A stretch of DNA of 64,000 bases from Candidatus Shapirobacteria bacterium (GCA_043817235.1 JBDRHA010000007.1:9212-73211), one strand, 5' to 3'. Counted from the stretch's first letter, positions 45,579 through 56,531 are shown. Numbers and translations: made by a program. The notes: generated from the sequence alone by a model not told the origin.

Positions 45579-48254
45579 CTATGCAGCTTTTTTCAGATAT
45601 TTGCCGGTCCAGGAATTTTTATTATCTTTAATCTTTCCCGGTTGGCCTTGGTCAATTAGCCGGCCGCCTTTTTCTCCACCTTCCGGCCCTAAGTCAATCA
45701 GCCAATCAGCATTTTTAATCACATCTAAATTATGCTCTATAATAATAACTGAGCTGTCTCTTTCAACCAGTTTATTAATTACTTTTAAAAGCTTTTCAAT
45801 GTCTGCAAAGTGAAGGCCCGTGGTCGGCTCATCAAGCAAATAAAGAGTACGATCACGGCTGGTCTTAATCAGCTCCCGGGCAAGCTTTAATCTTTGTGAT
45901 TCGCCGCCGGATAAAGTAGGAGAGGGCTGGCCTAATTCCAAATAATCCAGGCCGATTTCCTGAAGGACTTTTAATTTTTTAGTGATTTTGGCAAAAGAAC
46001 TAAAGAAGTCTAGGGCTTCGCCAATTGTTAACTTTAAGATTTCGTGGATATTCTTTTCGTTATAATCGACCTCTAAAGTTTCTTCTTTAAATCGCGTGCC
46101 CCGGCATTCTTCGCATTCCACCCAAATATCAGACAAAAACTGCATTTCAATCCGATTTAGCCCTTGGCCGCGGCAAGCCTCGCATCGGCCGCCCTCGACA
46201 TTAAATGAAAAATGGCTGGGGGTTAAACCCCGCAATCTTGCTTCCGTAGTTTGGGCCAGAAGCCCCCTAACGTCGGTAAAAACGCTCGTATAGGTGGCCG
46301 GATTGCTCCGGGAAGTGCGGCCGATCGGTGATTGATCTACCAAAAGAACTTGATTTATATAGTTTGTGCCGCTAATTTTTTGGTACTTGCCCTGCCTTTG
46401 CGATGTTTGAGGGTCAAGCGCTTTTTTGACGGCCGGGTAAAGCGTATCGTGGATTAAAGTAGATTTTCCTGATCCGGAAACTCCGGTAACGCAGACAAAT
46501 CTTTTTAAGGGAAACTTAACTTCAAGATTTTTTAAATTATGGAGAGTACAGCCGGAAATAGTTAAAAACTGACTGCTTTTTTTCCGATGTCCTCCTTGGC
46601 CTACTCTTTTTTTGCCTGATAAATATCGGCCGGTTAACGAATTTTTATCTTTCTTAATTTGGGCAGGAGTGCCGCTGGCCGTAATTTTGCCTCCGTTTTT
46701 ACCGGCCCCGGGGCCAAAGTCAATAATATAATCAGCTTCATTTAAGATTTCCTGGTCATGCTCCACTACTACCACAGTATTCCCTAGATCCCGAAGTTTT
46801 TTTAGAGTATTAATCAGTCTTTGGGTGTCTCTTTGATGCAAGCCAACCGTCGGCTCATCTAAAACATAAAGCACGCCTGTCAAACCACTGCCGATTTGAG
46901 AGCCTAAGCGAATTCTTTGGGCTTCACCGACCGATAAAGTGGAAGCAGTACGGTCCAGAGTTAGGTAGTCCACACCCACGGAAATTAAAAAGTTCAGCCG
47001 AGATAAAATTTCCCGAAAAAGAGATTGAACGATTTGTTTTTCCCGCAAAGAAGTAATCTGCCGGCGATAGCTTGTCAGCCAGTTATAAAGCTTATCTAAA
47101 GGGAGAGAAGCTAGTTGAGCAATTGATTGATTGTTAATAGTTACTCCTAAAGCATTTTGGTTAAGCCGGGTGCCCAGACAAAGAGCACATTGTTCTTTTA
47201 TCATTAATTTTTCTATCTCGCTGCGGATGGTGTCTGAGCTGGTGTTATAATACTGTTGCCGAAGCTGGGAAACTCGCCAGGGGGAGACCCGGGAAGTATC
47301 AATTTTCATTTTAACACCCAGGCCGTTGCACTCTGGGCAAGCGCCTTGAGGAGCATTAAAAGAAAATAAACGTGGCTCTATTTCCGGCAAAGAAATATTG
47401 CAGTCCGGGCAGGCGAATTTTTGAGAATAAATAAAATCTTGCATAGCTCTGGGCTTTTCCGGTATGTTAAAAGATTTATCTAAAATTTCTGATAAAATTA
47501 CTAGCCCGTCGGAGGCTTCTAATGATATTTCTACTGCGTCTAAAATTCTTTGCTTATAGGTTTCGGGTAAAAAGCTTTTTTTCGTAGGGCTTAATCTGTC
47601 CACAACTATTTCAATATTATGGCGATTGGTCTTAAGAAGAAGAATTTTTTCGTTTAAATTAATGATTTTGCCATCCACTCGAACTTGCTCAAAGCCTTTT
47701 TTGCGTAAGTTAGCAAAGAGCTTAGAAAATTCACCGCGCTTATCGCGAACAACCGGAGAGAGAATCATGAATCGGGCCACTTGCTTTTCGGCGAGCTTAG
47801 TTTTTATTTGATCCATAATCTGATTAGTAATTGATACTGAAGTTTGGCGCTCAATTTGGCGGTTGCATCGCGGGCAGTGGGGCAAACCAATGCGGGCAAA
47901 CAGTATCCGAAAGTAATCAAGGATTTCCGTAACTGTGCCGACAGTGGAGCGGGGGTTGTGCGACAGGCCATGCTGGTCAATAGCAATCGCCGGCGCAATG
48001 CCCTCAATTGTGTCTGCTTCCGGCTTTTTCATCATGCCCAAGAATTGGCGGGCGTAGGAAGACAAGCTTTCGACATAGCGGCGCTGGCCTTCGGCATAAA
48101 GAGTATCCATGGCCAAAGAGGATTTGCCTGAGCCGGAAACGCCGGACAAAACCACGAGTTTATTTTTCGGGATCTTAACCGTAATATTTTTTAAATTATG
48201 GACTCGTGCGCCCTTAATAATGATTTGATCTTCGGCTTTTCTTCGGGTTTCCAT
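45579..48254 (-). CDS. uvrA: Excinuclease ABC subunit A.
   Basis: Two ABC modules ([22 protein letters not shown]). Zn fingers. Confidence 0.95.
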   Translation of the reverse strand: METRRKAEDQIIIKGARVHNLKNITVKIPKNKLVVLSGVSGSGKSSLAMDTLYAEGQRRYVESLSSYARQFLGMMKKPEADTIEGIAPAIAIDQHGLSHNPRSTVGTVTEILDYFRILFARIGLPHCPRCNRQIERQTSVSITNQIMDQIKTKLAEKQVARFMILSPVVRDKRGEFSKLFANLRKKGFEQVRVDGKIINLNEKILLLKTNRHNIEIVVDRLSPTKKSFLPETYKQRILDAVEISLEASDGLVILSEILDKSFNIPEKPRAMQDFIYSQKFACPDCNISLPEIEPRLFSFNAPQGACPECNGLGVKMKIDTSRVSPWRVSQLRQQYYNTSSDTIRSEIEKLMIKEQCALCLGTRLNQNALGVTINNQSIAQLASLPLDKLYNWLTSYRRQITSLREKQIVQSLFREILSRLNFLISVGVDYLTLDRTASTLSVGEAQRIRLGSQIGSGLTGVLYVLDEPTVGLHQRDTQRLINTLKKLRDLGNTVVVVEHDQEILNEADYIIDFGPGAGKNGGKITASGTPAQIKKDKNSLTGRYLSGKKRVGQGGHRKKSSQFLTISGCTLHNLKNLEVKFPLKRFVCVTGVSGSGKSTLIHDTLYPAVKKALDPQTSQRQGKYQKISGTNYINQVLLVDQSPIGRTSRSNPATYTSVFTDVRGLLAQTTEARLRGLTPSHFSFNVEGGRCEACRGQGLNRIEMQFLSDIWVECEECRGTRFKEETLEVDYNEKNIHEILKLTIGEALDFFSSFAKITKKLKVLQEIGLDYLELGQPSPTLSGGESQRLKLARELIKTSRDRTLYLLDEPTTGLHFADIEKLLKVINKLVERDSSVIIIEHNLDVIKNADWLIDLGPEGGEKGGRLIDQGQPGKIKDNKNSWTGKYLKKAA

Positions 48255-48296
48255 GAAAGATCATTCTAGCACGTTGTGTCAAGAAGAAAAAGAAGG

Positions 48297-48324
48297 TTGA
48301 CATGTATTACGAAAGTAGTATAAT
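48297..48324 (+). promoter_or_regulatory. Consensus sigma70 promoter TTGACA-16-TATAAT. It would give a leaderless transcript starting near the antitoxin ATG.
   Basis: Direct reading of the sequence. The -10 box ends 6 nt before the ATG at 48331. Confidence 0.45.
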
Positions 48325-48330
48325 CATATT

Positions 48331-48609
48331 ATGAATAAAGTAGTCTTGCAAATACCGGTTTCTAAAACTCTAAGGCTAGAGGCAGAAAAAGTCGCCTTAG
48401 CCCAGGGTTTTTCTTCTTTACAAGAGATAGTCAGAGTTTTTATGGCAAAATTAGCTAGCCAGTCTTTAGATGTTTCCTTTACCAGGGTTTTTCCTCTCTC
48501 TTCCAGGGCAGAAAAGAAGTATGGAAAAATAGATCGGGATTTTGCTAAAGGAAAGGATGTTTATTTAGCCAAAAATCCGGACCAGCTATTAAAAATGCTC
48601 AAAGAGTAA
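48331..48609 (+). CDS. Antitoxin (RelB/DinJ-like) of a type II TA pair.
   Basis: A 92-aa ORF whose stop overlaps the start of the RelE-like toxin. Confidence 0.5.
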   Translation: MNKVVLQIPVSKTLRLEAEKVALAQGFSSLQEIVRVFMAKLASQSLDVSFTRVFPLSSRAEKKYGKIDRDFAKGKDVYLAKNPDQLLKMLKE

Positions 48610-48872
48610 TGCAGATAGTTTTTCACCGCAACTTTAAAAAGAGTTTTAAGAAAAGAATTCAGGGAAATCGAAAATTAGAATTAAAATTTAAACAAAGATT
48701 AGTGTTATATCTTAAGGACCCTAATAGTCCTCTTTTAAAAGTCCATCGTTTAAAAGGGGTAAAAAGAGAATATTGGTCCTTTTCGGTTACTGGTGATATT
48801 AGAGTTATTTTTAAAATGGACGGTCAAATATTAAGGCTTTATGATGTTGGGACTCATAATCAGGTTTACTAG
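48609..48872 (+). CDS. RelE/YafQ-family toxin.
   Basis: HRLKGVKREYWSFSVTGDIRVIFKMDGQILRLYDVGTHNQVY is the typical YafQ/RelE C-terminal signature. Confidence 0.65.
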   Translation: MQIVFHRNFKKSFKKRIQGNRKLELKFKQRLVLYLKDPNSPLLKVHRLKGVKREYWSFSVTGDIRVIFKMDGQILRLYDVGTHNQVY

Positions 48873-48900
48873 TAGTGGGTAAACAGGCTATAATTCACTG

Positions 48901-51900
48901 ATGCTTAGCCATATTTCCCAAAAGATAAAAAAATTTGGCTGGGGGAAGTTTATTTTAGCCCTTGTGCTTATAATAATTATTTTAGTTAATTTTAAACCTG
49001 GCTATTTTATTTTAGGAAACGATAATTATTCACCGGAGCTGAATCCAAAGTTATCGCTCTCTCGTTATTTGCTTAACCCGGCTTGGCGAGGCTACCGGGC
49101 TTTAGGTGTTGCTTCAGACGCTGATCAGGCGGATGTTTATCGGGCAGCTCTTTATTTTCTTTTATCTCCAATATTTCCCGGCTGGCTGCTCTCGCAAATC
49201 TTTATTTTTAGTGCTTTTTTTGTCAGTAGCTGGGCTGCGGCCTGCTTCAGTCTTGAGCTGGTTAAAAATAAATTAAAGAAAAACGAAAAACAGCTATTGT
49301 TTCTTTTTTCCGGATTAGCCAATCTGGTCACGCTTTTAACGATCTGGATGTTTTTTTCGCCCTTAATTCCTTTTATGTCGGCTTTCGCTTTTTTGCCTTT
49401 AGTTTTATGGCGGCTTTTACTCTTAATTCGAAAATTTAATTTAAAAAATAGTTTACTTTTTTTGGGAGCTACAGCAATTTTCAGCACCTGCTCTATTGTC
49501 CCGACTACTTTTTTAGTTTGTTTGGCCGTAATCGCCTATTTTTTACTAGTTTATTATTTTCTGGAAAAGCCAAAAATTGCCAATAAAAAACTGTTAGCCA
49601 GGCTTTTTCTGGCCTTTGGAATACTAGTTATTTTTCAGCTTCCTTGGATTTTGTCATTTGGTGCCTATTTAAAAACCAATACTCAGGCTTTGCAGGAATC
49701 TTATATCAATCGCATCTTAACCCCAAACCTGGTAGAACACGAAGCAAGAGTGGGGAATGCGAAGAATGTTCTTCGATATTATGCCGCCTGGATAGAAGAA
49801 GTAAACGATAATGGTTCAAGTGTTTATCCCTTTCGCTCTTGGTATCAGGAAAATATTGTTGCTCAATTTACTAGCTATTTGCCTATTATTTTAGCTTTTT
49901 TAGGAGTGACCCTTTTGTTTGGTTATCGGCAATTTGGCTATTTTTTAATTATTTTTCTTGCTTTATCCGGCTGGTTTTTACTTAAAGGAATTAATCCTCC
50001 TTTTGGTTTTGTTTTTTCTTTTCTGCAAGACAGTATTCCTCTTTTTAAGCAAGTTTTTCGCTGGCAGAGCTCTAAGCTCTGGGCGCTTTTATCAACTACC
50101 TTGCCGTTGTTGGCTGGGTTGGGAATTATTTTTATTAACCGGCTCAAAAGAATTAAGCATTCTCTAAAAATTGCTATTTTCGCTCTGATTGCTCTTTTAG
50201 AAATAGTTTATATTTTTCCTCTTTTTATAGGAAAAATGATCCAATCAGAAAATTATGTGCGTATTCCCCAAGATTATTATTCTTTGGCTGAATTTTTAAA
50301 AGAAAATGACTCTCAATCGCGAATTTATTTAGCTCCGGAAGCCAATACTTTATATTTTCGCCAATACAGCTGGGGCTTTTGGGGGTCAAGTTTTTTAAAT
50401 TATTTATTGCCTAACCCGATTTTAGAAAAGGCGATGACTACCGGGTCCACGGAGAGCGAGGACGCGCAAAAAGTATTAGAAGAAAATTATTATTCGAAAG
50501 ACCCGCTGTCATTTGTAAGCGCTTTGTCCCGTTATAACACTTCCCTGGTTCTTTCCGATAAAAGCGCGGCGAGGATGAAAAATGGATATGAATATGATTG
50601 GATTGCTCACAAAATAATGACCGAAGAAAATCAGTATTTAGAGAAAATTTGGGAAAGCGGGAATTTATCTCTTTTTAGGGTTAAAAATGATCCTTCTTCG
50701 GAAAGCTTAAAAAGCTTTCCGGTTATTTCCGGCCATAACTGGCGCCAGCTAAATAATATTTTAGCTTTTTCCAATGAGGCTCATTCTTATTATTCACAAG
50801 AAGATAAGCCGGGAGTAATTTATCCCTTGGCTTTGTCTTTTAGCCAAACAGAGTTTGGCGAGAACGAAATTAGCTTTCTTTCTTCTTATTTAACCAAGAG
50901 CGCAAACTATTCTTTTTCGCTTGCCCCTGAAGAAATTAGTAATTTGCCGGTAAAAATTAGCAAAAGAAGCAACGGCTCATTATCTTTTTTTCCTTCTTTT
51001 CCTATTCTGCGAGTGAACGGCAAGTCAGTTTTTAATGCTGATTTTGGCGAAATTGAAATTAATCCAAGGGTGCCGGCTGATTTTGTTTCTCTGAATAACT
51101 ATGTTTTTGATTTTCGCGATTTCAGCCAAGAAAAAGTCAGCGAAGTTAAATTTGGTGATTTGGATAACGCAAAAAATACTCTAGTGTTAGCTTGGTCGGC
51201 TAGCTCGCCTTTAGCTTCCAAGCTAAATATAGCAAAAAATTTGCGGCCTAATTTTATTCCGGAAAAAGATTCAATAGTAGAAATGGAAATTTCTATTCAA
51301 GCCGATCAGGAGGCACAGGCGAATCTTTGCGTTTGGTCAGAGCTGAGGCTTAAGTGCTTGCACCCTAATATTTCTAAAATCTTAGAGAAAGGGGAGCAAA
51401 GAATTAAAATACTGGTTCCTGAGGTTATTTTTGGCAATGAAAAAATAACGATTTTCTTGGAGCCAGCAACAGTCAAAGAAGAAAATCTTTTTTCTCTTGA
51501 GAGCGTGGCAATTTGGCTTTACCAAAAAAATAACCGGCTTCTTTTTCCAAGATTTAATTATAATAATGTTTCGATTTTTTCCCAAATTAATCTTAAGCAA
51601 AATGACTTATTTGAGGTTGTAATGCCTCGGATCTATGGTCAAAATCAATTTCAGCTTTCCCCTTGGGCTGGATTTTTACCTGAGTTTTCTCTTACCGGCT
51701 GTGATAAAGAAAACGGGATAATTGAAGAGCTTGGTGATGGCCTAAGAGTTTATACGGATAATTGCTATGGAAGCGTCTTTGAAAAGCTTCTTCGGTTTAA
51801 TCCCAATTTAGGTTTGGCAGCTTTAATTTATCAAGGAGAAAATTATTCAGGAATACCTTTAGACGTAGGGATCAAAAGCGATAAAGGAGGATATTATTTT

Positions 51901-52398
51901 TTGCGCAACCGCTTATTTCCTCAAGGGGATACTAGCAGGAGAGAATACGTTTCTCTTCCCCAAGAAACTAGATCATATATTTTAGATTTATTTTCTTTTG
52001 CTACTGGACCTCACCCGAGCTTAAGTAGAATGGATAATTTGGCTTTTCAATTTATTCCCAAAGCCTGGCTGGAGTGGAAATTAATTCCGGCTGACCTAGA
52101 AGAGCTGTCTTTTATACCGATTAATAATTTAATTATTAATAACAATGGATCAGAGAAGAAAATATTTAGCCTAAGCCAAGCTGTTTCTCCTTCTTGGAAA
52201 CTAAAAAATAGCTCAGGAGAAAGTATTAGGATTAATGGCTGGGAGCAAGGCTGGATTTTTTCCGAGCCAATAGAAACTAAAATTGTTTTTGGGCCGGATA
52301 AATTAGCTTATTTTGGCTATACTATTTTGGTGGTCAGCCTTATTCTCTTGCTTTGGCAGTTAGCCAGGAAAAAGAAGGCAGAACAAGAGCGGGCTTAA
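48901..52398 (+). CDS. Large polytopic membrane protein, GT-C-type glycosyltransferase-like (AftD/DUF3367/YfhO-like).
   Basis: About 14 N-terminal TM helices. The N-terminal loop GNDNYSPELNP...WRGYRALGV resembles arabinofuranosyltransferase-family loops. A large C-terminal soluble region. 1165 aa. Confidence 0.4.
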   Translation: MLSHISQKIKKFGWGKFILALVLIIIILVNFKPGYFILGNDNYSPELNPKLSLSRYLLNPAWRGYRALGVASDADQADVYRAALYFLLSPIFPGWLLSQIFIFSAFFVSSWAAACFSLELVKNKLKKNEKQLLFLFSGLANLVTLLTIWMFFSPLIPFMSAFAFLPLVLWRLLLLIRKFNLKNSLLFLGATAIFSTCSIVPTTFLVCLAVIAYFLLVYYFLEKPKIANKKLLARLFLAFGILVIFQLPWILSFGAYLKTNTQALQESYINRILTPNLVEHEARVGNAKNVLRYYAAWIEEVNDNGSSVYPFRSWYQENIVAQFTSYLPIILAFLGVTLLFGYRQFGYFLIIFLALSGWFLLKGINPPFGFVFSFLQDSIPLFKQVFRWQSSKLWALLSTTLPLLAGLGIIFINRLKRIKHSLKIAIFALIALLEIVYIFPLFIGKMIQSENYVRIPQDYYSLAEFLKENDSQSRIYLAPEANTLYFRQYSWGFWGSSFLNYLLPNPILEKAMTTGSTESEDAQKVLEENYYSKDPLSFVSALSRYNTSLVLSDKSAARMKNGYEYDWIAHKIMTEENQYLEKIWESGNLSLFRVKNDPSSESLKSFPVISGHNWRQLNNILAFSNEAHSYYSQEDKPGVIYPLALSFSQTEFGENEISFLSSYLTKSANYSFSLAPEEISNLPVKISKRSNGSLSFFPSFPILRVNGKSVFNADFGEIEINPRVPADFVSLNNYVFDFRDFSQEKVSEVKFGDLDNAKNTLVLAWSASSPLASKLNIAKNLRPNFIPEKDSIVEMEISIQADQEAQANLCVWSELRLKCLHPNISKILEKGEQRIKILVPEVIFGNEKITIFLEPATVKEENLFSLESVAIWLYQKNNRLLFPRFNYNNVSIFSQINLKQNDLFEVVMPRIYGQNQFQLSPWAGFLPEFSLTGCDKENGIIEELGDGLRVYTDNCYGSVFEKLLRFNPNLGLAALIYQGENYSGIPLDVGIKSDKGGYYFLRNRLFPQGDTSRREYVSLPQETRSYILDLFSFATGPHPSLSRMDNLAFQFIPKAWLEWKLIPADLEELSFIPINNLIINNNGSEKKIFSLSQAVSPSWKLKNSSGESIRINGWEQGWIFSEPIETKIVFGPDKLAYFGYTILVVSLILLLWQLARKKKAEQERA

Positions 52399-53227
52399 TT
52401 TGAATATATCTTAACCATTCAAAAGTTTTAACTATTATTTGACTGGGAATAAGGAAAACAAAACCAGTTTCAACCAGCGCTAAGGCGACGCGCAAAACAC
52501 TAGGCCGATAGCCTTGATTAATAATTCCATCAATTCGGTTTTTTAAGGCCATAAAGTATACTTTTTTTGAATTTTTATGAGTTAAAGAAGTATTGATTTG
52601 CCGGTATTTAAAAATCACCTCGTCAACATTGCTAAAAGAGCCTTCTTTTAAGAGCTTAAAGTAAATATTAATATCATCATTCGGGCAAAGCTTGGTGTCG
52701 TACCGGTATTTGCGCATCGCCTCTCCTCTGGCCATTAACAGCGGCGGCTGGATAGGCATAAAATTGGCTAATGTTTGATAGCATTGATTAGAGTCAGTAG
52801 GGAAATTCTTTTCCGCAATTACTTGGCCGTTGCCATTGATAATTTCTTCCTGTCCGCCGACGGCTACTAGATTTTTATTCTTTTCTAAGAGCTCAACTTG
52901 CTTTTCAAAGCGGGTAGGCAAAGAAATATCATCCGCATCCATGCGGGCAATATATTGGCCTTGAGCAATGTTTATAGCTTTGTTTAAAGACCGAGTCATG
53001 CCTAAATTTTTCTTATTGGTCAAAATAATTATTCGTTTATCCTTTTTGGCGTATTGAGCCAAAATTTTACCCGAGTTATCAGTTGAGCCGTCATTAATAC
53101 AAATTAGCTCAAAATTCCCAACTGTTTGGGATAAAATGCTGTTTATTGCCCCAGCTAAATATTTTTCAGCATTATAAATGGGCATTAGAACAGAAATTAG
53201 AACCGATTTTTTCGCTTTTTTGATCAT
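52340..53227 (-). CDS. Family 2 glycosyltransferase.
   Basis: ISVLMPIYNAEKYL, DGSTDNS, and the ARMDADD DXD motif. Confidence 0.75.
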   Translation of the reverse strand: MIKKAKKSVLISVLMPIYNAEKYLAGAINSILSQTVGNFELICINDGSTDNSGKILAQYAKKDKRIIILTNKKNLGMTRSLNKAINIAQGQYIARMDADDISLPTRFEKQVELLEKNKNLVAVGGQEEIINGNGQVIAEKNFPTDSNQCYQTLANFMPIQPPLLMARGEAMRKYRYDTKLCPNDDINIYFKLLKEGSFSNVDEVIFKYRQINTSLTHKNSKKVYFMALKNRIDGIINQGYRPSVLRVALALVETGFVFLIPSQIIVKTFEWLRYIQIKPALVLPSFSWLTAKARE

Positions 53228-53280
53228 TTTTAAATTAAAATTCTCTTTTGAAGGCAAAAAGTTTTGTTTTCAAAAGGGAA

Positions 53281-53352
53281 CCGGGCAGCGAGCAGATGTG
53301 TCTCTCAAAAGAGAGAGGGAGACTGTGAAGTCTCGCACATCTGTCGCTGCCC
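53281..53352 (-). terminator. Long hairpin (17-bp stem gggcagcgagcagatgtg / cacatctgtcgctgccc). It is a candidate intrinsic terminator of the GC-rich lipoprotein gene.
   Basis: A near-perfect inverted repeat with a ~35-nt loop. T-rich tract downstream on the minus strand. Confidence 0.4.
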
Positions 53353-53389
53353 TAGTTCCGGGTTAGTTACCTCCTTTCTTCAGAAAGGC

Positions 53390-53968
53390 TTACTCCTCCA
53401 CCAGTGCGGCGCGGAAACCAGCGCTCGGATGCGCAGGCATCCGGAAGACGTAGTGCCCAGGCCCGAAGGTCTGAGTGAAGTCGCAATCGCTCCAGGCGAA
53501 AGCGACCGTGCCATCTTCCCGATGCAGGCTGCCGACGCAGGCCTGGACGATGAACCTGTCCTGGCGGGAAAAACGAAATTCTCCGCCGTTGGCCTTGATC
53601 TCGACCAGGAATTGCCCGTTCTCTCCGAACTGGCAAATATCCTGGTCGGACCAGCCTAGCCACTGGTAGATACGATCCTCGACAATTTGCCAAGGTCCGC
53701 ATTCTACATAGACAGTGCTACTAGCCCCTGTCGTTTTTTCCGTCGGCTCGGCGGCAGCCGGTGCTTGCGCAACGGCGACTGGTGTCGCTGTCGGCGGCAC
53801 TGGCGTGGCTGTCGGCCTTGGCGTTTCCGTTGCGGGTGCAGCGGCGACGGTAGTCGCCTCTGGCGTGACATCCTCTGGCGCGGGCGGCATGAAGGTGTTT
53901 TCGCACCCCACCAGCCCGCTCGCCAGAGCGAAAAGAACGACTGTGAAACCCAAAGCTTTTCGAAGCAT
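53390..53968 (-). CDS. Lipoprotein (signal peptide with LVGC lipobox) carrying a Pro/Thr/Ala-rich linker. It lies inside the high-GC island.
   Basis: MLRKALGFTVVLFALASGLVGC. A PT-rich linker. A globular C-terminal domain. Confidence 0.5.
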   Translation of the reverse strand: MLRKALGFTVVLFALASGLVGCENTFMPPAPEDVTPEATTVAAAPATETPRPTATPVPPTATPVAVAQAPAAAEPTEKTTGASSTVYVECGPWQIVEDRIYQWLGWSDQDICQFGENGQFLVEIKANGGEFRFSRQDRFIVQACVGSLHREDGTVAFAWSDCDFTQTFGPGHYVFRMPAHPSAGFRAALVEE

Positions 53969-53969
53969 G

Positions 53970-54821
53970 CTATACCTCCAAGGCTCTTTCTGAATACTCG
54001 CTCCTTGCGGAATCGAGTACGGTCATTGTGGCTGTGCAGGCCACGACGACCAGACAAGCCCAAATCGCAACGGGAAATTGCCATACCCCATTGGAAAGGG
54101 CAGGAAAAACCAGAAGAAGCATGCCTGCTATCCCAGCCAAAAGGCCAGGAAGCCAGTATGCAAGGAGACCTTTGGCGATTCGGAGCATCTTCGCCCCATC
54201 CAAGGAGTCTTCTTTTTTCCAGTCTTTCACGAAAACAGCCGACCGCCAGACGGCGACTGTGAGAATCGCCACTGCTGCGAAGAGCAGTGCTATTCCTACG
54301 CGCTGCTTCGTCACTTCGGGTGCAACCATCCTTGCGAACAGTTGCGTGAGGCCATAGATCGCGGCTCCCAAGCCGATGGCCAAAGCCAATCGGCTCAGGT
54401 AAGTATAGATACTTAGTTTCATTTCTCTTTCTCCTTTTCTGGTTCTGGCTTCTTCTGCGGCTGCCGCAAGTGCGGCATCGAGTTCCCGACGAAGTCGCTC
54501 GAGGGCTTGGAGGGCTGCATCTCTCTCGATTTGCAACCTTTCGGCCCCTCTTTCGGCTCTTATCGCCCTGTCGTGGGCGATTTGAGTCGAGAGGTTCGCC
54601 TCCTCGAGTTTTTGCTGGAGTTCTGAAACTTCCAGCTCCAGTGACTCGATCCGCGCCTCCTTTTCCGCCGCCCGCCTCCTGCGAGTTCGGGCGCCCTTTT
54701 GTGCAGGAGTTAATGCTTCCTGCGCTTCGGTCTCCGCCTGATTTTTTTCCTCCTGGGCGGAGAGATTCTTGGTTTTTCCCGAATCCGACGTTTCTTCTTG
54801 AATGCTACGACTCTTTCCCAC
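53970..54821 (-). CDS. Coiled-coil plus 4-TM membrane protein, hypothetical. It lies inside the high-GC island.
   Basis: N-terminal Arg/Glu-rich coiled coil, then four hydrophobic helices. Confidence 0.4.
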   Translation of the reverse strand: MGKSRSIQEETSDSGKTKNLSAQEEKNQAETEAQEALTPAQKGARTRRRRAAEKEARIESLELEVSELQQKLEEANLSTQIAHDRAIRAERGAERLQIERDAALQALERLRRELDAALAAAAEEARTRKGEREMKLSIYTYLSRLALAIGLGAAIYGLTQLFARMVAPEVTKQRVGIALLFAAVAILTVAVWRSAVFVKDWKKEDSLDGAKMLRIAKGLLAYWLPGLLAGIAGMLLLVFPALSNGVWQFPVAIWACLVVVACTATMTVLDSARSEYSERALEV

Positions 54822-55040
54822 ATCGTTCCTCCTGCGATCTATTTATTAACAGTCGGAACCCCGACTGATTGTTTTTAAACCCGGAACTGTTAAAGTGCGA
54901 CAATGAGTTTGCTTTAGCCAGCTATTGGCTAAGTAAACTCAAAGTCACTTATTGAGACTCATCTAGCTGAAAGCAAATCATCAGCTTGACTCTCAACTTC
55001 TGATAGTCTCAAGAGTTTTTTTAGAATAGGAATATAATTT

Positions 55041-55673
55041 TTAACTTAAGATTTCGCCGCGGCCAAATTTTCGGGCCAAGAGTCCGAAAGAAGCAGTGCC
55101 AAGGCCCAAAATTGTTCCTAAAGCCAGGTTTATTCCCGCTTCAGGAAGCTCTTTAGCCTCAGCTTGTAAATAGAATTCCGCTGTGTCTTCATCCGCCTCG
55201 CCAGTATTGCTTTCCGCCCGAACGCGGTTGATAACCGGAAGGCTGCCGCTTATAGGTAGCTCATCCGGTTTAATAACCTGGCCTCTAAATTTAAATTCTT
55301 TTTCTTCATTAGGAGACAAACTGTCTATTTCCCAGTTGATTTGGTGATTATCTTCGTCAAAACTTTGGCCGCCAAAAATATAATTAACAGATCCAGGAAG
55401 ATAATCCACAATTTTGATTTCTTGTAGATCATTACTGCCGGTGTTTTTGACAATCACTTTAAAGTCAATTAGCTCATTGCCGGAAAAGGCATATTCATTT
55501 AAGGAAAGATTGTCATACCAGCTAGTCCAAGAAACTGGTTTAAGTTTTTTATCAACCAGAATTTTTCGGGAAATCTCAGTTTCTCCATAAATATAGTCGG
55601 CCTCGGCCTTTTTTGCACTAAGCGAAAGGCCGGCAACCAACAATAAAGAAAAGATAAATAGTTTTTTAATCAT
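55041..55673 (-). CDS. Cell-wall-anchored surface protein with an LPxTG-like sorting signal (LPEAG).
   Basis: An N-terminal signal peptide. C-terminal LPEAG, then a hydrophobic stretch, then an RKFGRGE tail. Confidence 0.55.
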   Translation of the reverse strand: MIKKLFIFSLLLVAGLSLSAKKAEADYIYGETEISRKILVDKKLKPVSWTSWYDNLSLNEYAFSGNELIDFKVIVKNTGSNDLQEIKIVDYLPGSVNYIFGGQSFDEDNHQINWEIDSLSPNEEKEFKFRGQVIKPDELPISGSLPVINRVRAESNTGEADEDTAEFYLQAEAKELPEAGINLALGTILGLGTASFGLLARKFGRGEILS

Positions 55674-55773
55674 TGCCCGTGTAGACTTTATAACTTTGGA
55701 TAATATATCACACTATAGGGCTTGTTGTCAAGTAATTATTGACAGACGATTTTGATCTTTATAGAATGAGAGC

Positions 55774-56004
55774 ATGTTAACTAAACCAGATTTGGATGAA
55801 ATCGAAAAAATTGTAGAAAAGAAATTTGAAGAAAAGTTTGCTTATCTTCCAACTAAAGATGAATTTTATGAAAGCATAGACCAGGTGATGGGAACGTTGA
55901 ATAAAATTCAAGAAGAAATGGCAGGGATGAGCTCTACCTACGAAAATCACGAAGAAAGAATTACGACATTAGAAGATCTTCACCCAGAACTTACCCCTGA
56001 ATGA
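55774..56004 (+). CDS. Small hypothetical protein.
   Basis: A 76-aa ORF. Acidic. Confidence 0.25.
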   Translation: MLTKPDLDEIEKIVEKKFEEKFAYLPTKDEFYESIDQVMGTLNKIQEEMAGMSSTYENHEERITTLEDLHPELTPE

Positions 56005-56066
56005 AGCCTCTGCGCAGCTTGCTTGCGCAGTTTCTTCTTTTGCTCGCTTCGCGAGGATTATAACTC

Positions 56067-56531
56067 TCATCCTCGGAGCAAGCTCCGAGGTTTTCCCGCT
56101 CGCAAAATAAACTTCCAAACTTGGGCGGCAAAATCTTTTAGATCCTTCAAGTCTTCTTTATAGTCTTTAAATAATTGAGAAAAATCTAAGCTTGTATAAC
56201 GATGAATTGCAATATTCCGGAAACCAACGGCATTACTTAATCTATTTGCTAATTTTTGGCTGATAATTTTATTTTGGGCCAAAACATTAAAAGAGCTCTT
56301 GCTTGTTTCCGGAGTGTCTAATTTAAGACCTGATATTAAATGAGTAGCAGTATCAATGGCCAGCTCTACTCCTTGAACGAGCCGAAAAGTAAGCAAGTCC
56401 TGTAAATCTATTTCTTTTTCTAGGCTTTCGCCTCCGAAGTCCATATTTTCAATTCTAATAATTATCTCTTCTAGCTGATTTAACTTTTTAGTAATTAATT
56501 TTTTATCGATGGCCATAGGTGTTTTGTTCAA
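56067..56531 (-). CDS. hepT: HepT-like HEPN toxin (DUF86).
   Basis: RNIAIHRY is an Rx4HxY HEPN motif. Confidence 0.65.
   Translation of the reverse strand: MNKTPMAIDKKLITKKLNQLEEIIIRIENMDFGGESLEKEIDLQDLLTFRLVQGVELAIDTATHLISGLKLDTPETSKSSFNVLAQNKIISQKLANRLSNAVGFRNIAIHRYTSLDFSQLFKDYKEDLKDLKDFAAQVWKFILRAGKPRSLLRG

Noticed and set aside
53264-54868. Multiple overlapping ORFs on both strands (for example 53367-53702, 53687-54262, 53704-54084, 54028-54357, 54470-54868)
   Set aside because: High GC removes stop codons in all frames. Only the two minus-strand ORFs have signal-peptide/TM and coiled-coil features with sensible starts.
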